A stretch of 39,238 bases of DNA from a virus (Duplodnaviria; Caudoviricetes): positions 1 through 39,238 of the IMG/VR virus record IMGVR_UViG_3300011013_000033; one strand, written 5' to 3'. The position numbers and the translations under genes are program-made. The stretch's first letter is position 1. Every line of letters begins with the position of its first letter. Positions 23,639 through 31,925 of this stretch are shown here, one piece after another. The notes beneath the pieces are model-generated. The model did no database searches, was not told the origin of the DNA, and worked only from the letters and a program-made list of their open reading frames with translations.

Positions 23639-24970
23639 CTATTGATACTTGTATTTTATAATAACTATTCCTGAACCTCCATTAGCTCCATTACCAGATC
23701 CATTTGTTCCTTGACCACCTCCACCGCCACCGCCAGTGTTTGTTGATCCAGCTACTGCTGCAGGTGGACCTGCTCCCCCTGCTCCGCCACCACCTGGTGC
23801 TGATGGAGTAGCTACATTACCACCACCTCCACCACCAGCATAAAATCCTGCAGGACTTCCTCCTAATGGAGCTGGAAAAGATGGACTAACATCTAAGCCA
23901 TTTCCTCCAGGAGTTGCTGCATTTGCTGTATAAGATGCTCCTACTGATCCTGCACCTCCACCACCTGCTGATGAACCATTAGCTGGACTTAAAGATCCAG
24001 GAGTACCACCATATTCAAAATTTCCACCATTATTTCCTTGAGGTGGACTCACAGGAGGGGTATTTCCTGTTCCACCATTATTATCATTTCCACTTGTTCT
24101 TGCTGCACCACCACCAGAACCTCCTGGAGAGGCATCTGTTGCTGGAATAGGTGTATATGAAGGATTTCCAGCATTATTTCTTGCACCTTTACCACCACCT
24201 GCTGATGTATTTGATATAACTGAAGAATTATTTCCATTACTTGCTACTGGACCACCTGAACCTGGATCAGAACCATACGCACCACCTGAACCAATTACAA
24301 CTGGGTAACCTTGAGCTGAAACAGAAACACAAGATATATTTCTTAATCCTCCTGCTCCTCCACCACCGCCAGCTCCACCACCACCACCTGCAACGATTAA
24401 TGTTTGAGCTGTATTTGAACCTGCTGCGTTACCACCACAGGAAACTGTAAAAGTACCTGGTCCTGTAAATTTATGATATTTATAATCTCCTACTGTAGAT
24501 TCTGTTCCACCACTAGCAGCTACAAATTTTATTTCATTAACTACATTATTTGAATAAACAGGCATCCAACCTTTAGTGCTATCTGCATAAACTAAAGTAA
24601 CTGCCTGACCTTCTGTGTTTAATGTTAAATTAAAAGTTTCACCTTGTATAGGTTGTGAATTTCTATTTATAGTACAAGCATTAGTGTCAAATGTTTTTGC
24701 ATAATCTGAAACAGAAACTATATTACCAACAGAAGGTGAACTAGGAAGTGTAACGACCACAGCTCCACCATTTGTATTTACAAAATATCCTTCGCCAGAA
24801 ACTGCTGTAAAATCTCCTGTTTTAATTGATGTTTGCCAATCTACTGTACCAGTTCTACCAAAGCCAGATTGACTAGCTCCTGTTGCTAATTGAACTGTTT
24901 TACCAGAACTACCTAAAGTAAGTGTAGATCCGCATTGAACATCAACTGTATTTACTTCTATTTTGCTCAT
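23639..24970 (-). CDS. Gly-rich tail fibre / receptor-binding protein, paralog 1
   Basis: Same architecture as 20822-22213. Confidence 0.75.
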   Translation of the reverse strand: MSKIEVNTVDVQCGSTLTLGSSGKTVQLATGASQSGFGRTGTVDWQTSIKTGDFTAVSGEGYFVNTNGGAVVVTLPSSPSVGNIVSVSDYAKTFDTNACTINRNSQPIQGETFNLTLNTEGQAVTLVYADSTKGWMPVYSNNVVNEIKFVAASGGTESTVGDYKYHKFTGPGTFTVSCGGNAAGSNTAQTLIVAGGGGGAGGGGGAGGLRNISCVSVSAQGYPVVIGSGGAYGSDPGSGGPVASNGNNSSVISNTSAGGGKGARNNAGNPSYTPIPATDASPGGSGGGAARTSGNDNNGGTGNTPPVSPPQGNNGGNFEYGGTPGSLSPANGSSAGGGGAGSVGASYTANAATPGGNGLDVSPSFPAPLGGSPAGFYAGGGGGGNVATPSAPGGGGAGGAGPPAAVAGSTNTGGGGGGGQGTNGSGNGANGGSGIVIIKYKYQ

Positions 24971-25134
24971 ACTATTACCAATGTTCCTGTTACTGTTATT
25001 GTGTGTGGAAATGTAACTGGTCCTGCAAGGACAGCACTTTCAATCGTTAAAGTATTGTCTATGGTTGCAGCATGAGTATAAATTTCCTCACTACCTGGTT
25101 TGTTACCAATATAATCTAATGTATATAAACTCAT
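24967..25134 (-). CDS. 55-aa fibre connector-like peptide (not in track)
   Basis: AAGGA RBS; MSLYTLDYIGNKPGSEEIYTHAATIDNTLTIESAVLAGPVTFPHTITVTGTLVIV*; ATGA overlap. Confidence 0.75.
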   Translation of the reverse strand: MSLYTLDYIGNKPGSEEIYTHAATIDNTLTIESAVLAGPVTFPHTITVTGTLVIV

Positions 25135-25145
25135 TTATTTTATCC

Positions 25146-25472
25146 TTATGTACTAATTGAATCTACTCTACTAACCCAACAATCAACGCTACTTGCAGCA
25201 CTTGATTGTCCTTTTAAAACATCAGTATTTTGCATTACAACTTTAGACCCACTTTGTATTAGTTCAACTGAACTAGCTGGTGGGATACTCAAGTCTTTTA
25301 CAAGATACCTAGTAGTAGAACCAGACTCAGAAATCCATACGCTACAAGTTACTGCTGCTGATGTAATGTTGGCTAATCTGCACCCAACAATAGCATCATC
25401 AGAATTAGCAGTTAAAATCGTTGTTGCCGAATTTGTAATCTGCTGACCTGTTCGTTCAAAATCCTGTGCCAT
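25146..25472 (-). CDS. Small beta-sandwich virion protein
   Basis: AN......V......YLVKD.SIP..SSVEL.....VV....D.LK. Confidence 0.75.
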   Translation of the reverse strand: MAQDFERTGQQITNSATTILTANSDDAIVGCRLANITSAAVTCSVWISESGSTTRYLVKDLSIPPASSVELIQSGSKVVMQNTDVLKGQSSAASSVDCWVSRVDSIST

Positions 25473-25481
25473 TTATCCTCC

Positions 25482-27044
25482 TTATAAAGCTATTGCCATA
25501 GCTGTTGCGAAACCTTTTGAAGCTCCATTAGTTATTTTACTTATGTTAATCGCATTTACAGCTAATGTTATTGTGCCTGATGTAGTAATTGGCGTACCAC
25601 TTACTGTAAATTCTGATGAGCCACTATCTGCAACTGCCACACTTGTTACTGTTCCAGTATAAGATGGTGTAACTCTTGAAAAAGTAATATTTACTGAACC
25701 TATACTACCAGAATTATCTGTAGTACATAAGTAAATTCTATCAGCATTTGTAGAACCCTCTTGAACAATAATTAATTGTCCAGCTAGTTCTGCGACTGTA
25801 TCATAATCTGGATCTCTTGAAGCTGTACCACTTGCTACAACTTTGTAAATACCATTTGTTTTAGCGTCTGTTTGATCTTTAACTAAAACTTTATTACCAG
25901 TTGCTAAAGTGATTCCATCTAAAGTATCACCATTTTGTAAATCTGCTGTTAAATCTATATTTGCTGTTGTTGCAGCTCTTGTAATAATTCTTGTTTTAAG
26001 TCCTGCAACTAAATCATCTACATAGCTTTTTATAGTTACATCTGAAGCTCCAGATGGAGTACCTATTCCTGTAATTGTACCACCTGTAATCGCTACGCTA
26101 TTTGCTGCTTGTGTTGCAATACTTCCTAAACCTAAAGATGTTCTAGCAGTAGCTCCTGATTCTGTTGTAAAATTAGACCCATCTCCAACTATGAAATTAC
26201 TATCAGTTGGTGTTAATCCAGCAACATCAGTTAATTGTGCATCATACGCTTGAACATCTGATCCAATTGCTAAACCTAAATTAGTTCTTGCAGAAGAAGC
26301 TGAAGCAACATCGTTTAAATTGTTTGCTTTAACATTTTTTGCGTCTAGTTGTGTTTGTATGGCAGAAGAAACTCCTGATACATAACCTAATTCTGTAGAA
26401 GTTACAGACGATACCGCAACTTTACCTGAACTATTAGAAGCTAAAGCTCTTGAAGCAGTTAAATCTGAAGAAACAATAGTAGTTGCTGCTCCAGTTATGG
26501 TAGCTGCTTTTGCATCTAATTGTGTTTGAATGTTTGAACTAACTGTATTTAAGTATTGAAATTCTGTTGTTGATACTGTTCCATCACCAATTTTTGTTGC
26601 AGCAATTCCTGTTGGAATAGAATCATTAGTTTTAGATAATACTCCAATATAAACTGTAGTAATAGCTTCGCTTGAAAGTGAACCACTATCCCAAGTTACA
26701 TTGACTGTTGTATTTGATGAAAAAGATGAAGTTGATATAGTTCCATAAATTGTTCCTGGAGTTGGTGCAGTTAATTTAATTCTTCTTCCTGTATGATAAA
26801 CTGAAGTTACATTAACACCAGCAATCGTAAATGAAGTTGCACTTGCATAGGCATAAGTTACACTTGCATCTCCATCTCCATATTCTACCCATTGACTATC
26901 ATTAAACCAATCTCTAGTATTTTTCATTAATGCTCTTAAAGCATTATTTAAATTACTAGGTAACATTCCCTCACCAACATTAAGTCCATTTAGTGATGTG
27001 TTACTTGCTTGGGTTGTTGAGTAATCTTTAATATTTGTAGTCAT
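25482..27044 (-). CDS. Tail fibre (proximal part)
   Basis: T/S/A-rich; repeated SS.IQTQLDAK and ART.LGL; VLVKDQT...NGIY; C-terminal FATAMAIAL. Confidence 0.8.
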   Translation of the reverse strand: MTTNIKDYSTTQASNTSLNGLNVGEGMLPSNLNNALRALMKNTRDWFNDSQWVEYGDGDASVTYAYASATSFTIAGVNVTSVYHTGRRIKLTAPTPGTIYGTISTSSFSSNTTVNVTWDSGSLSSEAITTVYIGVLSKTNDSIPTGIAATKIGDGTVSTTEFQYLNTVSSNIQTQLDAKAATITGAATTIVSSDLTASRALASNSSGKVAVSSVTSTELGYVSGVSSAIQTQLDAKNVKANNLNDVASASSARTNLGLAIGSDVQAYDAQLTDVAGLTPTDSNFIVGDGSNFTTESGATARTSLGLGSIATQAANSVAITGGTITGIGTPSGASDVTIKSYVDDLVAGLKTRIITRAATTANIDLTADLQNGDTLDGITLATGNKVLVKDQTDAKTNGIYKVVASGTASRDPDYDTVAELAGQLIIVQEGSTNADRIYLCTTDNSGSIGSVNITFSRVTPSYTGTVTSVAVADSGSSEFTVSGTPITTSGTITLAVNAINISKITNGASKGFATAMAIAL

Positions 27045-27048
27045 TTAT

Positions 27049-27192
27049 TTAATCCATAAACCATGCGAAAACTTTTGGGTTTTCATCATTATTTTTATTT
27101 ATTAATGCGTTAGCAACTTCTTCAACTTGTCTTTGGAAATATTCTTGATTTTCCATAGCGTATCTTATGTTATCAATATTCTTATCGTCCAT
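27049..27192 (-). CDS. 47-aa tail-associated peptide (not in track)
   Basis: TAATG coupling; MDDKNIDNIRYAMENQEYFQRQVEEVANALINKNNDENPKVFAWFMD*. Confidence 0.75.
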   Translation of the reverse strand: MDDKNIDNIRYAMENQEYFQRQVEEVANALINKNNDENPKVFAWFMD

Positions 27193-29003
27193 TATCTAGC
27201 TCCACCTCTACTAGCAACTAAATCAACGCCTTGTGCATGAGTCCAAGTTGAACCTGCTGCAATTTTAACATTTGCTCTAACATATCTACCTGAAGCTCTT
27301 ACTGGAACTGAACCATTTGTTACCATTGAACTGTAGGAAGATGTGGTTGCATCATCTGCTAATCTTTCCCTTGTTGTAATTGCAACTGTAGCAGTTGTAT
27401 CTACAATGGGTCTGACCTCTGTTATATCCGATCTTAGTCCAGGAAACAACTCCATTTCTGTAGTTTCTAATTCTACATCATTTGTGTTGCCTGAAAAAAT
27501 TGCTGCCTTTTTATCTCCATTTACTGCTCCTAAATATAATTGTCCTCCATCCCAAAATGGAGTATCTAAAGCAATATTAATATTATCCAAATTTGCTGAA
27601 ATTAAATCCATCATTTCTACAGTATATCCACCAACGAATTGAGTAAAAATAGCACTAGCATTAGCTTTAGCAAAAGACCATTTTTCAGTAACATAGTTAT
27701 AAACTAGTAATTTATCACAAATACCAGTAGTATTAGCTTCATTATCTCCACTAGGATATAGCCAAATTGCTAATGAATTAAATGGGTCAACTGCTGCTAC
27801 TATTCTATCTGTATAGGCTTTATCTAAATCTATATCAAAAAATCTATTAACTTTTTCAGCTCCAATAGGTTTTATTTGATCTCCATTAAGCTCAAAAAAT
27901 CCATCATCTGCATAAAAGAAAACCCTTCTATTATCTTGACAAACTGTTTTTCCATAAACCGCACCTCTATTAGGAGATACAACTGAAAATCTAAATATTG
28001 TTGCACCACCTACAAAGTCCATACGCACAATTTCATTTTGCCTAAAAATATAACCATATTCTCCTGAAGTTATAGCTACAATTTGTCCACCTGATCCAGG
28101 TAAGTCTTGATAATCTGCTTGTTTAGACCCTGCTGTCCAATGGGTAATATCATTAATACCAGACCATTGAACTCTATTTCTATTATTCGTTTGATTTCCT
28201 GTAACTAAAAAATCTCTAACTACTCCTGATGTTCTAAATGTTGGGGGAGAACCAGATGTTGCAATAGTTGAAAGATTGGCAAAATTTGTAGAAGTTCCCA
28301 TTAAGTAATATTGTGGAGCATCTACTCCATTACTAACAATAATATAATCTCCAAATTGTGTAAATGTAATATAATCTGTATCACTTCCTGTTAAAGGTGT
28401 TCCACCAGAAAAATTTGTAGTTGTTAATCTTGCTGTATCAGATGAAACATTAGTTAAATTTTCATTTCCAACTGTTGCTCTTGTTACAGTTACTTCTGCC
28501 GATGATACTGTTGCTGAAAAATCAGCATGACCATTAATAGTATTTTTTAAATTTGTAGCAGTAGTATCGTTATTTGTTTGTACTTGAAATTGGTTTGTAG
28601 ATGGAGTTCCTGTAACTGAAGTGAATACAACAGTTGATCCATCATTTTTTTTTAAAGTAATAGTTTTTCCAGTTCCAATATTTGCATAATCCGAAACTGT
28701 TATTGTGCAAGTTGCATAAGAATTATTTAATAATTTTCCACCAGCACCTCTATCTGTAAAAGTACCAGAAGCTAATTGATAAATAGTTTCTTTAGTTGCT
28801 GCAAAGTTATAACTGGTATTATCAGTTGATCTAAAAGAACCAGCTCCTTTTGATAAATCTCCAATAGCGTTAGTGCTATAATCAACTAAAGAAGGAAAAG
28901 GTTTATAACTTCTAGCAGCAAAATAAACATTCTTTGCTGTGTTAGCTCCAGGATTTTTAAATTTAGGTTGATCTGGTAGCCATTCTCCAAAAGGTATTTG
29001 CAT
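27192..29003 (-). CDS. Tail nozzle / head-closure protein (P22 gp10-like) with inserted domain
   Basis: MQIPFGEWLPDQP start, beta-propeller-like repeats (FTQFG, VRDFLV.GN, VQWS), podovirus position. Confidence 0.75.
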   Translation of the reverse strand: MQIPFGEWLPDQPKFKNPGANTAKNVYFAARSYKPFPSLVDYSTNAIGDLSKGAGSFRSTDNTSYNFAATKETIYQLASGTFTDRGAGGKLLNNSYATCTITVSDYANIGTGKTITLKKNDGSTVVFTSVTGTPSTNQFQVQTNNDTTATNLKNTINGHADFSATVSSAEVTVTRATVGNENLTNVSSDTARLTTTNFSGGTPLTGSDTDYITFTQFGDYIIVSNGVDAPQYYLMGTSTNFANLSTIATSGSPPTFRTSGVVRDFLVTGNQTNNRNRVQWSGINDITHWTAGSKQADYQDLPGSGGQIVAITSGEYGYIFRQNEIVRMDFVGGATIFRFSVVSPNRGAVYGKTVCQDNRRVFFYADDGFFELNGDQIKPIGAEKVNRFFDIDLDKAYTDRIVAAVDPFNSLAIWLYPSGDNEANTTGICDKLLVYNYVTEKWSFAKANASAIFTQFVGGYTVEMMDLISANLDNINIALDTPFWDGGQLYLGAVNGDKKAAIFSGNTNDVELETTEMELFPGLRSDITEVRPIVDTTATVAITTRERLADDATTSSYSSMVTNGSVPVRASGRYVRANVKIAAGSTWTHAQGVDLVASRGGAR

Positions 29004-29011
29004 TTATTATC

Positions 29012-29692
29012 CTATTCGTTATTGCTCACTACTCCCACATTTGTAGTTTGGAAAGGTGCAGCAACAGTTACATCAGAAGTTATTTTTAATGGTGATCCAC
29101 TCCATTGATCTTCTCTGTCGTTTCTTTCAACTCTTTCCATTCCAGTTGTGTAAAGTTGAAACCAATTTTGTAATTTAGCTGGTTCAATACCACCTAAAAA
29201 ATTTGCAGCATGATAAAGTGAACCATATAAATAAATTCCAGGATGATTTGCTAAAATATAATTACTTGTATTAGAATCTGATAAAGCATCAATAGCTTTG
29301 TAATAATTAATTGTTGCTGTGTATGAAGTGTCTGGAGATGGAGCAAATCTAAAATTATCTCCTAATATTGTATAACGAAGGGGTCTGCCAGAAGTAGAAC
29401 CTGCCTTTGTTTGATCCATTTGAGTTGGAGTCATATAAGTTAAAGAATATTTAGTTGATCCTGAAACAATATAAAAATCTCTAACTTGTAAAAATCCAGT
29501 CGGTAATGTTTCTGTTTCTGAGTCAATTGTAAAAGAACTATCAGTAGCCAACATTTTTCTAATTCTAAATTTAGAATTATAATCTGCTTCTACTAATTTA
29601 ATAAAATCATCAGCTATTTCTGATGTTAAATCTGATCTATTAAGCCAATTAGCAATTGATGTTTTTAATTCTGAATAAGTTGATAATGCCAT
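29012..29692 (-). CDS. Head-tail adaptor protein
   Basis: Y.ELK..IA.WLNR.DL, FI.L.EA, LP..FL, P.PD, YLYGSL. Confidence 0.75.
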   Translation of the reverse strand: MALSTYSELKTSIANWLNRSDLTSEIADDFIKLVEADYNSKFRIRKMLATDSSFTIDSETETLPTGFLQVRDFYIVSGSTKYSLTYMTPTQMDQTKAGSTSGRPLRYTILGDNFRFAPSPDTSYTATINYYKAIDALSDSNTSNYILANHPGIYLYGSLYHAANFLGGIEPAKLQNWFQLYTTGMERVERNDREDQWSGSPLKITSDVTVAAPFQTTNVGVVSNNE

Positions 29693-30021
29693 TACAAATT
29701 ACCTCTTGCTGTTTTAAAATATTGAAATTCGTTACTATTCAATTTTTTTTTTAATATTTTAGTTTGTGTTTCTGCTGGTAATGCCCACCAGTTATTATTA
29801 CCATTATATTCTTTTGCCCAAATTTGCAAAGCTAAAATAGGAATAGATGCTACTCTTTTAAGTTCTCTACTAGGAGAGTAACCATCATTCACATTATATA
29901 ATTCTTTATTATGTTTTAAGTGAGAATCAATATTAAGTTTTTCTGCAATCGTAATTTTTTTTTCAGAAGAATCACCAATAAAAGTTGTTTCTTTTAAACC
30001 ATCAATTTGAGTTTCTTTCAT
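29692..30021 (-). CDS. Conserved head-region hypothetical protein
   Basis: RVASIP......W ... KKLNS.E...F.T. Confidence 0.7.
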   Translation of the reverse strand: MKETQIDGLKETTFIGDSSEKKITIAEKLNIDSHLKHNKELYNVNDGYSPSRELKRVASIPILALQIWAKEYNGNNNWWALPAETQTKILKKKLNSNEFQYFKTARGNL

Positions 30022-30149
30022 CTGCCTTGACCTCTATATTTTTTTTTATGTGGTATTCTTTTTGAATACGATTTTGCATGACGACCTGGTCTTTTCCTCC
30101 TTGTCCGCTTAATATAAGTATTAACACCCCACTTTGGAGCTTTACCCAT
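30018..30149 (-). CDS. 43-aa Arg/Lys-rich peptide ending KKYRGQGR (not in track)
   Basis: MGKAPKWGVNTYIKRTRRKRPGRHAKSYSKRIPHKKKYRGQGR*; coupled on both sides. Confidence 0.75.
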   Translation of the reverse strand: MGKAPKWGVNTYIKRTRRKRPGRHAKSYSKRIPHKKKYRGQGR

Positions 30150-30424
30150 TATCCAGACAATTCAGTAGCGTACAAATCTCCAGAACCAATAAAAGCAACT
30201 TTATCACCTGGAGCAACTTTAAATATTTCTACCCATCCAGCAGGTATATAAATATCAGTCGCTGCCGCAGTTGGTGCAGCAGCAAATTTAATATGCCCTG
30301 CCGCACTTGCAACTATTCTTACAAAAACTGTCTGTGCATTAAAAGCTGTACTAGAAGCGGCACTTGATCCTGAAGAAGTTACTTTGTGTGTTGTTCCTGG
30401 ATATAATCCATAATTATAAGCCAT
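30149..30424 (-). CDS. Small beta-rich virion (decoration-like) protein
   Basis: AGGAG RBS; A/S/T-rich. Confidence 0.7.
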   Translation of the reverse strand: MAYNYGLYPGTTHKVTSSGSSAASSTAFNAQTVFVRIVASAAGHIKFAAAPTAAATDIYIPAGWVEIFKVAPGDKVAFIGSGDLYATELSG

Positions 30425-30497
30425 GTTTTTTTTCTCCTATTTAATTTATGAGGGTGGAAAAACCGCTAGGTCAGAGCCACCCCCATTTTGTATTATA

Positions 30498-30845
30498 CTA
30501 TCTTCTTATAACAATTGTAAAGTCAGCAGTATGTGTATTTGTTGATGCACCACTTGTAGTTAGTGTAATATATCCGCCTTCTTCCACAATGTTAGCTGCA
30601 CTAGGTTCACAGCTATCAACATCACCTGTAGCTGAGCCTGAGTAAGCTATTGTTATAGTTCCATCAGTCATAGCAGTAGAACCAACTTTTGCTGTAATAA
30701 CAGCATTAGCAGTTGCTATTGTTCCGCCTAAAACTGAATAGATTTTAATTACTTTTCCACCATCAGGAACAGCAACATAAACAGACCCTGCTGTTGATAC
30801 ATCGCTCATTTTGACAGTTATGAAATAATCGTTAAGTGTTCTCAT
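30498..30845 (-). CDS. Capsid decoration-like protein
   Basis: Directly after the MCP gene; T/A/G/V-rich beta protein. Confidence 0.7.
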   Translation of the reverse strand: MRTLNDYFITVKMSDVSTAGSVYVAVPDGGKVIKIYSVLGGTIATANAVITAKVGSTAMTDGTITIAYSGSATGDVDSCEPSAANIVEEGGYITLTTSGASTNTHTADFTIVIRR

Positions 30846-30903
30846 TGTTTATCTCCATCGTTCCGCCCTTAATCTTATCTCAGAGCTTCAATGTTAATAT
30901 TAA

Positions 30904-30940
30904 TGCAAGGGGAGCAGATATTAAGATTACTCCCCTTACA
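30904..30940 (-). terminator. Hairpin immediately after the major capsid gene
   Basis: Minus strand TGTAAGGGGAG ... CTCCCCTTGCA. Confidence 0.65.
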
Positions 30941-30949
30941 AATTATTTA

Positions 30950-31903
30950 TTATGATGTAGTTACATCTGTAACCATACCACTTGATGCTTCGTTCTTCGC
31001 TTCAAGAGTATATTCAACTACTAAGAATCTCTGATCTGCGTCAGCAGTTTGTGCAGGATTCTGTAATTTGAAGTCTCTCAAAAACGATACTGCCCAGAAA
31101 TCCATTTCTAAGCATAAAACATCTTGACCTCTTTTAGCCGCAGTACCATTAGTTTTTCTAATCCATCTGTTCGGCTGGACTTGCATAGTACCAAAGTCTG
31201 ATTCATAAACATCAATAGAAGTTATTAACCTCTTATCTTCTGCTTTATCAAATCTTGTAGCACCACCTGTGAAGCCAGATAGTTTTTGTTTGTTGAAAGC
31301 ATTAAGTTGGATTTGGTTTGGATTTCCGCCATTATCAAAACAGTCTCTCAAAACATTTTTCAATAAAGTCTCTGTGAAAACTCTTTGAGTACCATCTGTT
31401 CTAGCAGCACCAGCACCAGCTCCTGAACCTCCAGTACCAGCAGATACATTAGTTGAAATCCATGTTTGGACTCCGCCTAAAGTTCTAGTTGGTGAACCAG
31501 ATGTTCCAGCCGCAGCAGCAGTATTTGATAAAAGAGCATTTTCCATATCTCTTTTAAGTTCTTTAGCCGCTTTAGCAACTTGGTATGCCAACTCAGTATT
31601 TCTACCAGCTAAGTTAACAGAGTCATCTGTTCCAGATACCTGAACCGCTTTTGAAGAAATTTGAGTATAGTTTGTTCGCTTTGTTGAGCTAGAAAGTGTG
31701 CCATAAGATATAGCCGCACCTTCTGCTTTTGCGTTTGCCGCAACAGCAGACAGAGAATCTGTTTGCCATTGGTGGCTTGTGTTAGTAGCTTTTGTCTTAC
31801 CAACACCTGACATAAAAGGAGTGTCTGTAGGAGATATATTGTATATAATATCTGCTAAGTCCTCTCTTATACCAGTAGTGTCGTATGTTAATAATGTAGC
31901 CAT
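30950..31903 (-). CDS. Major capsid protein (DUF5309 / SU10-like)
   Basis: REDL.D.I.NISP.DTPF, W.TD.L, NYTQI, ELKRDME, YESDFG; AGGAGG at 31918-31913 fixes the start at 31903. Confidence 0.9.
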   Translation of the reverse strand: MATLLTYDTTGIREDLADIIYNISPTDTPFMSGVGKTKATNTSHQWQTDSLSAVAANAKAEGAAISYGTLSSSTKRTNYTQISSKAVQVSGTDDSVNLAGRNTELAYQVAKAAKELKRDMENALLSNTAAAAGTSGSPTRTLGGVQTWISTNVSAGTGGSGAGAGAARTDGTQRVFTETLLKNVLRDCFDNGGNPNQIQLNAFNKQKLSGFTGGATRFDKAEDKRLITSIDVYESDFGTMQVQPNRWIRKTNGTAAKRGQDVLCLEMDFWAVSFLRDFKLQNPAQTADADQRFLVVEYTLEAKNEASSGMVTDVTTS

Positions 31904-31925
31904 GTTTGTTTGCCTCCTATTTACA

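Noticed and set aside
20848-24450. Alternative-frame ORFs inside the Gly-rich genes (20848-21222, 22326-22733, 22341-22535, 22878-23087, 23342-23674, 24049-24237, 24241-24450)
   Set aside because: V/E/L- or H/L-rich shadows of GGW/GCW codon runs; no RBS
20822-27044. Diversity-generating retroelement or invertible fibre cassette
   Set aside because: No reverse transcriptase or invertase; repeats are short, direct and not a template/variable pair
20822-27044. Iron-binding HxH repeats in tail fibres
   Set aside because: Only isolated His residues in the four fibre proteins
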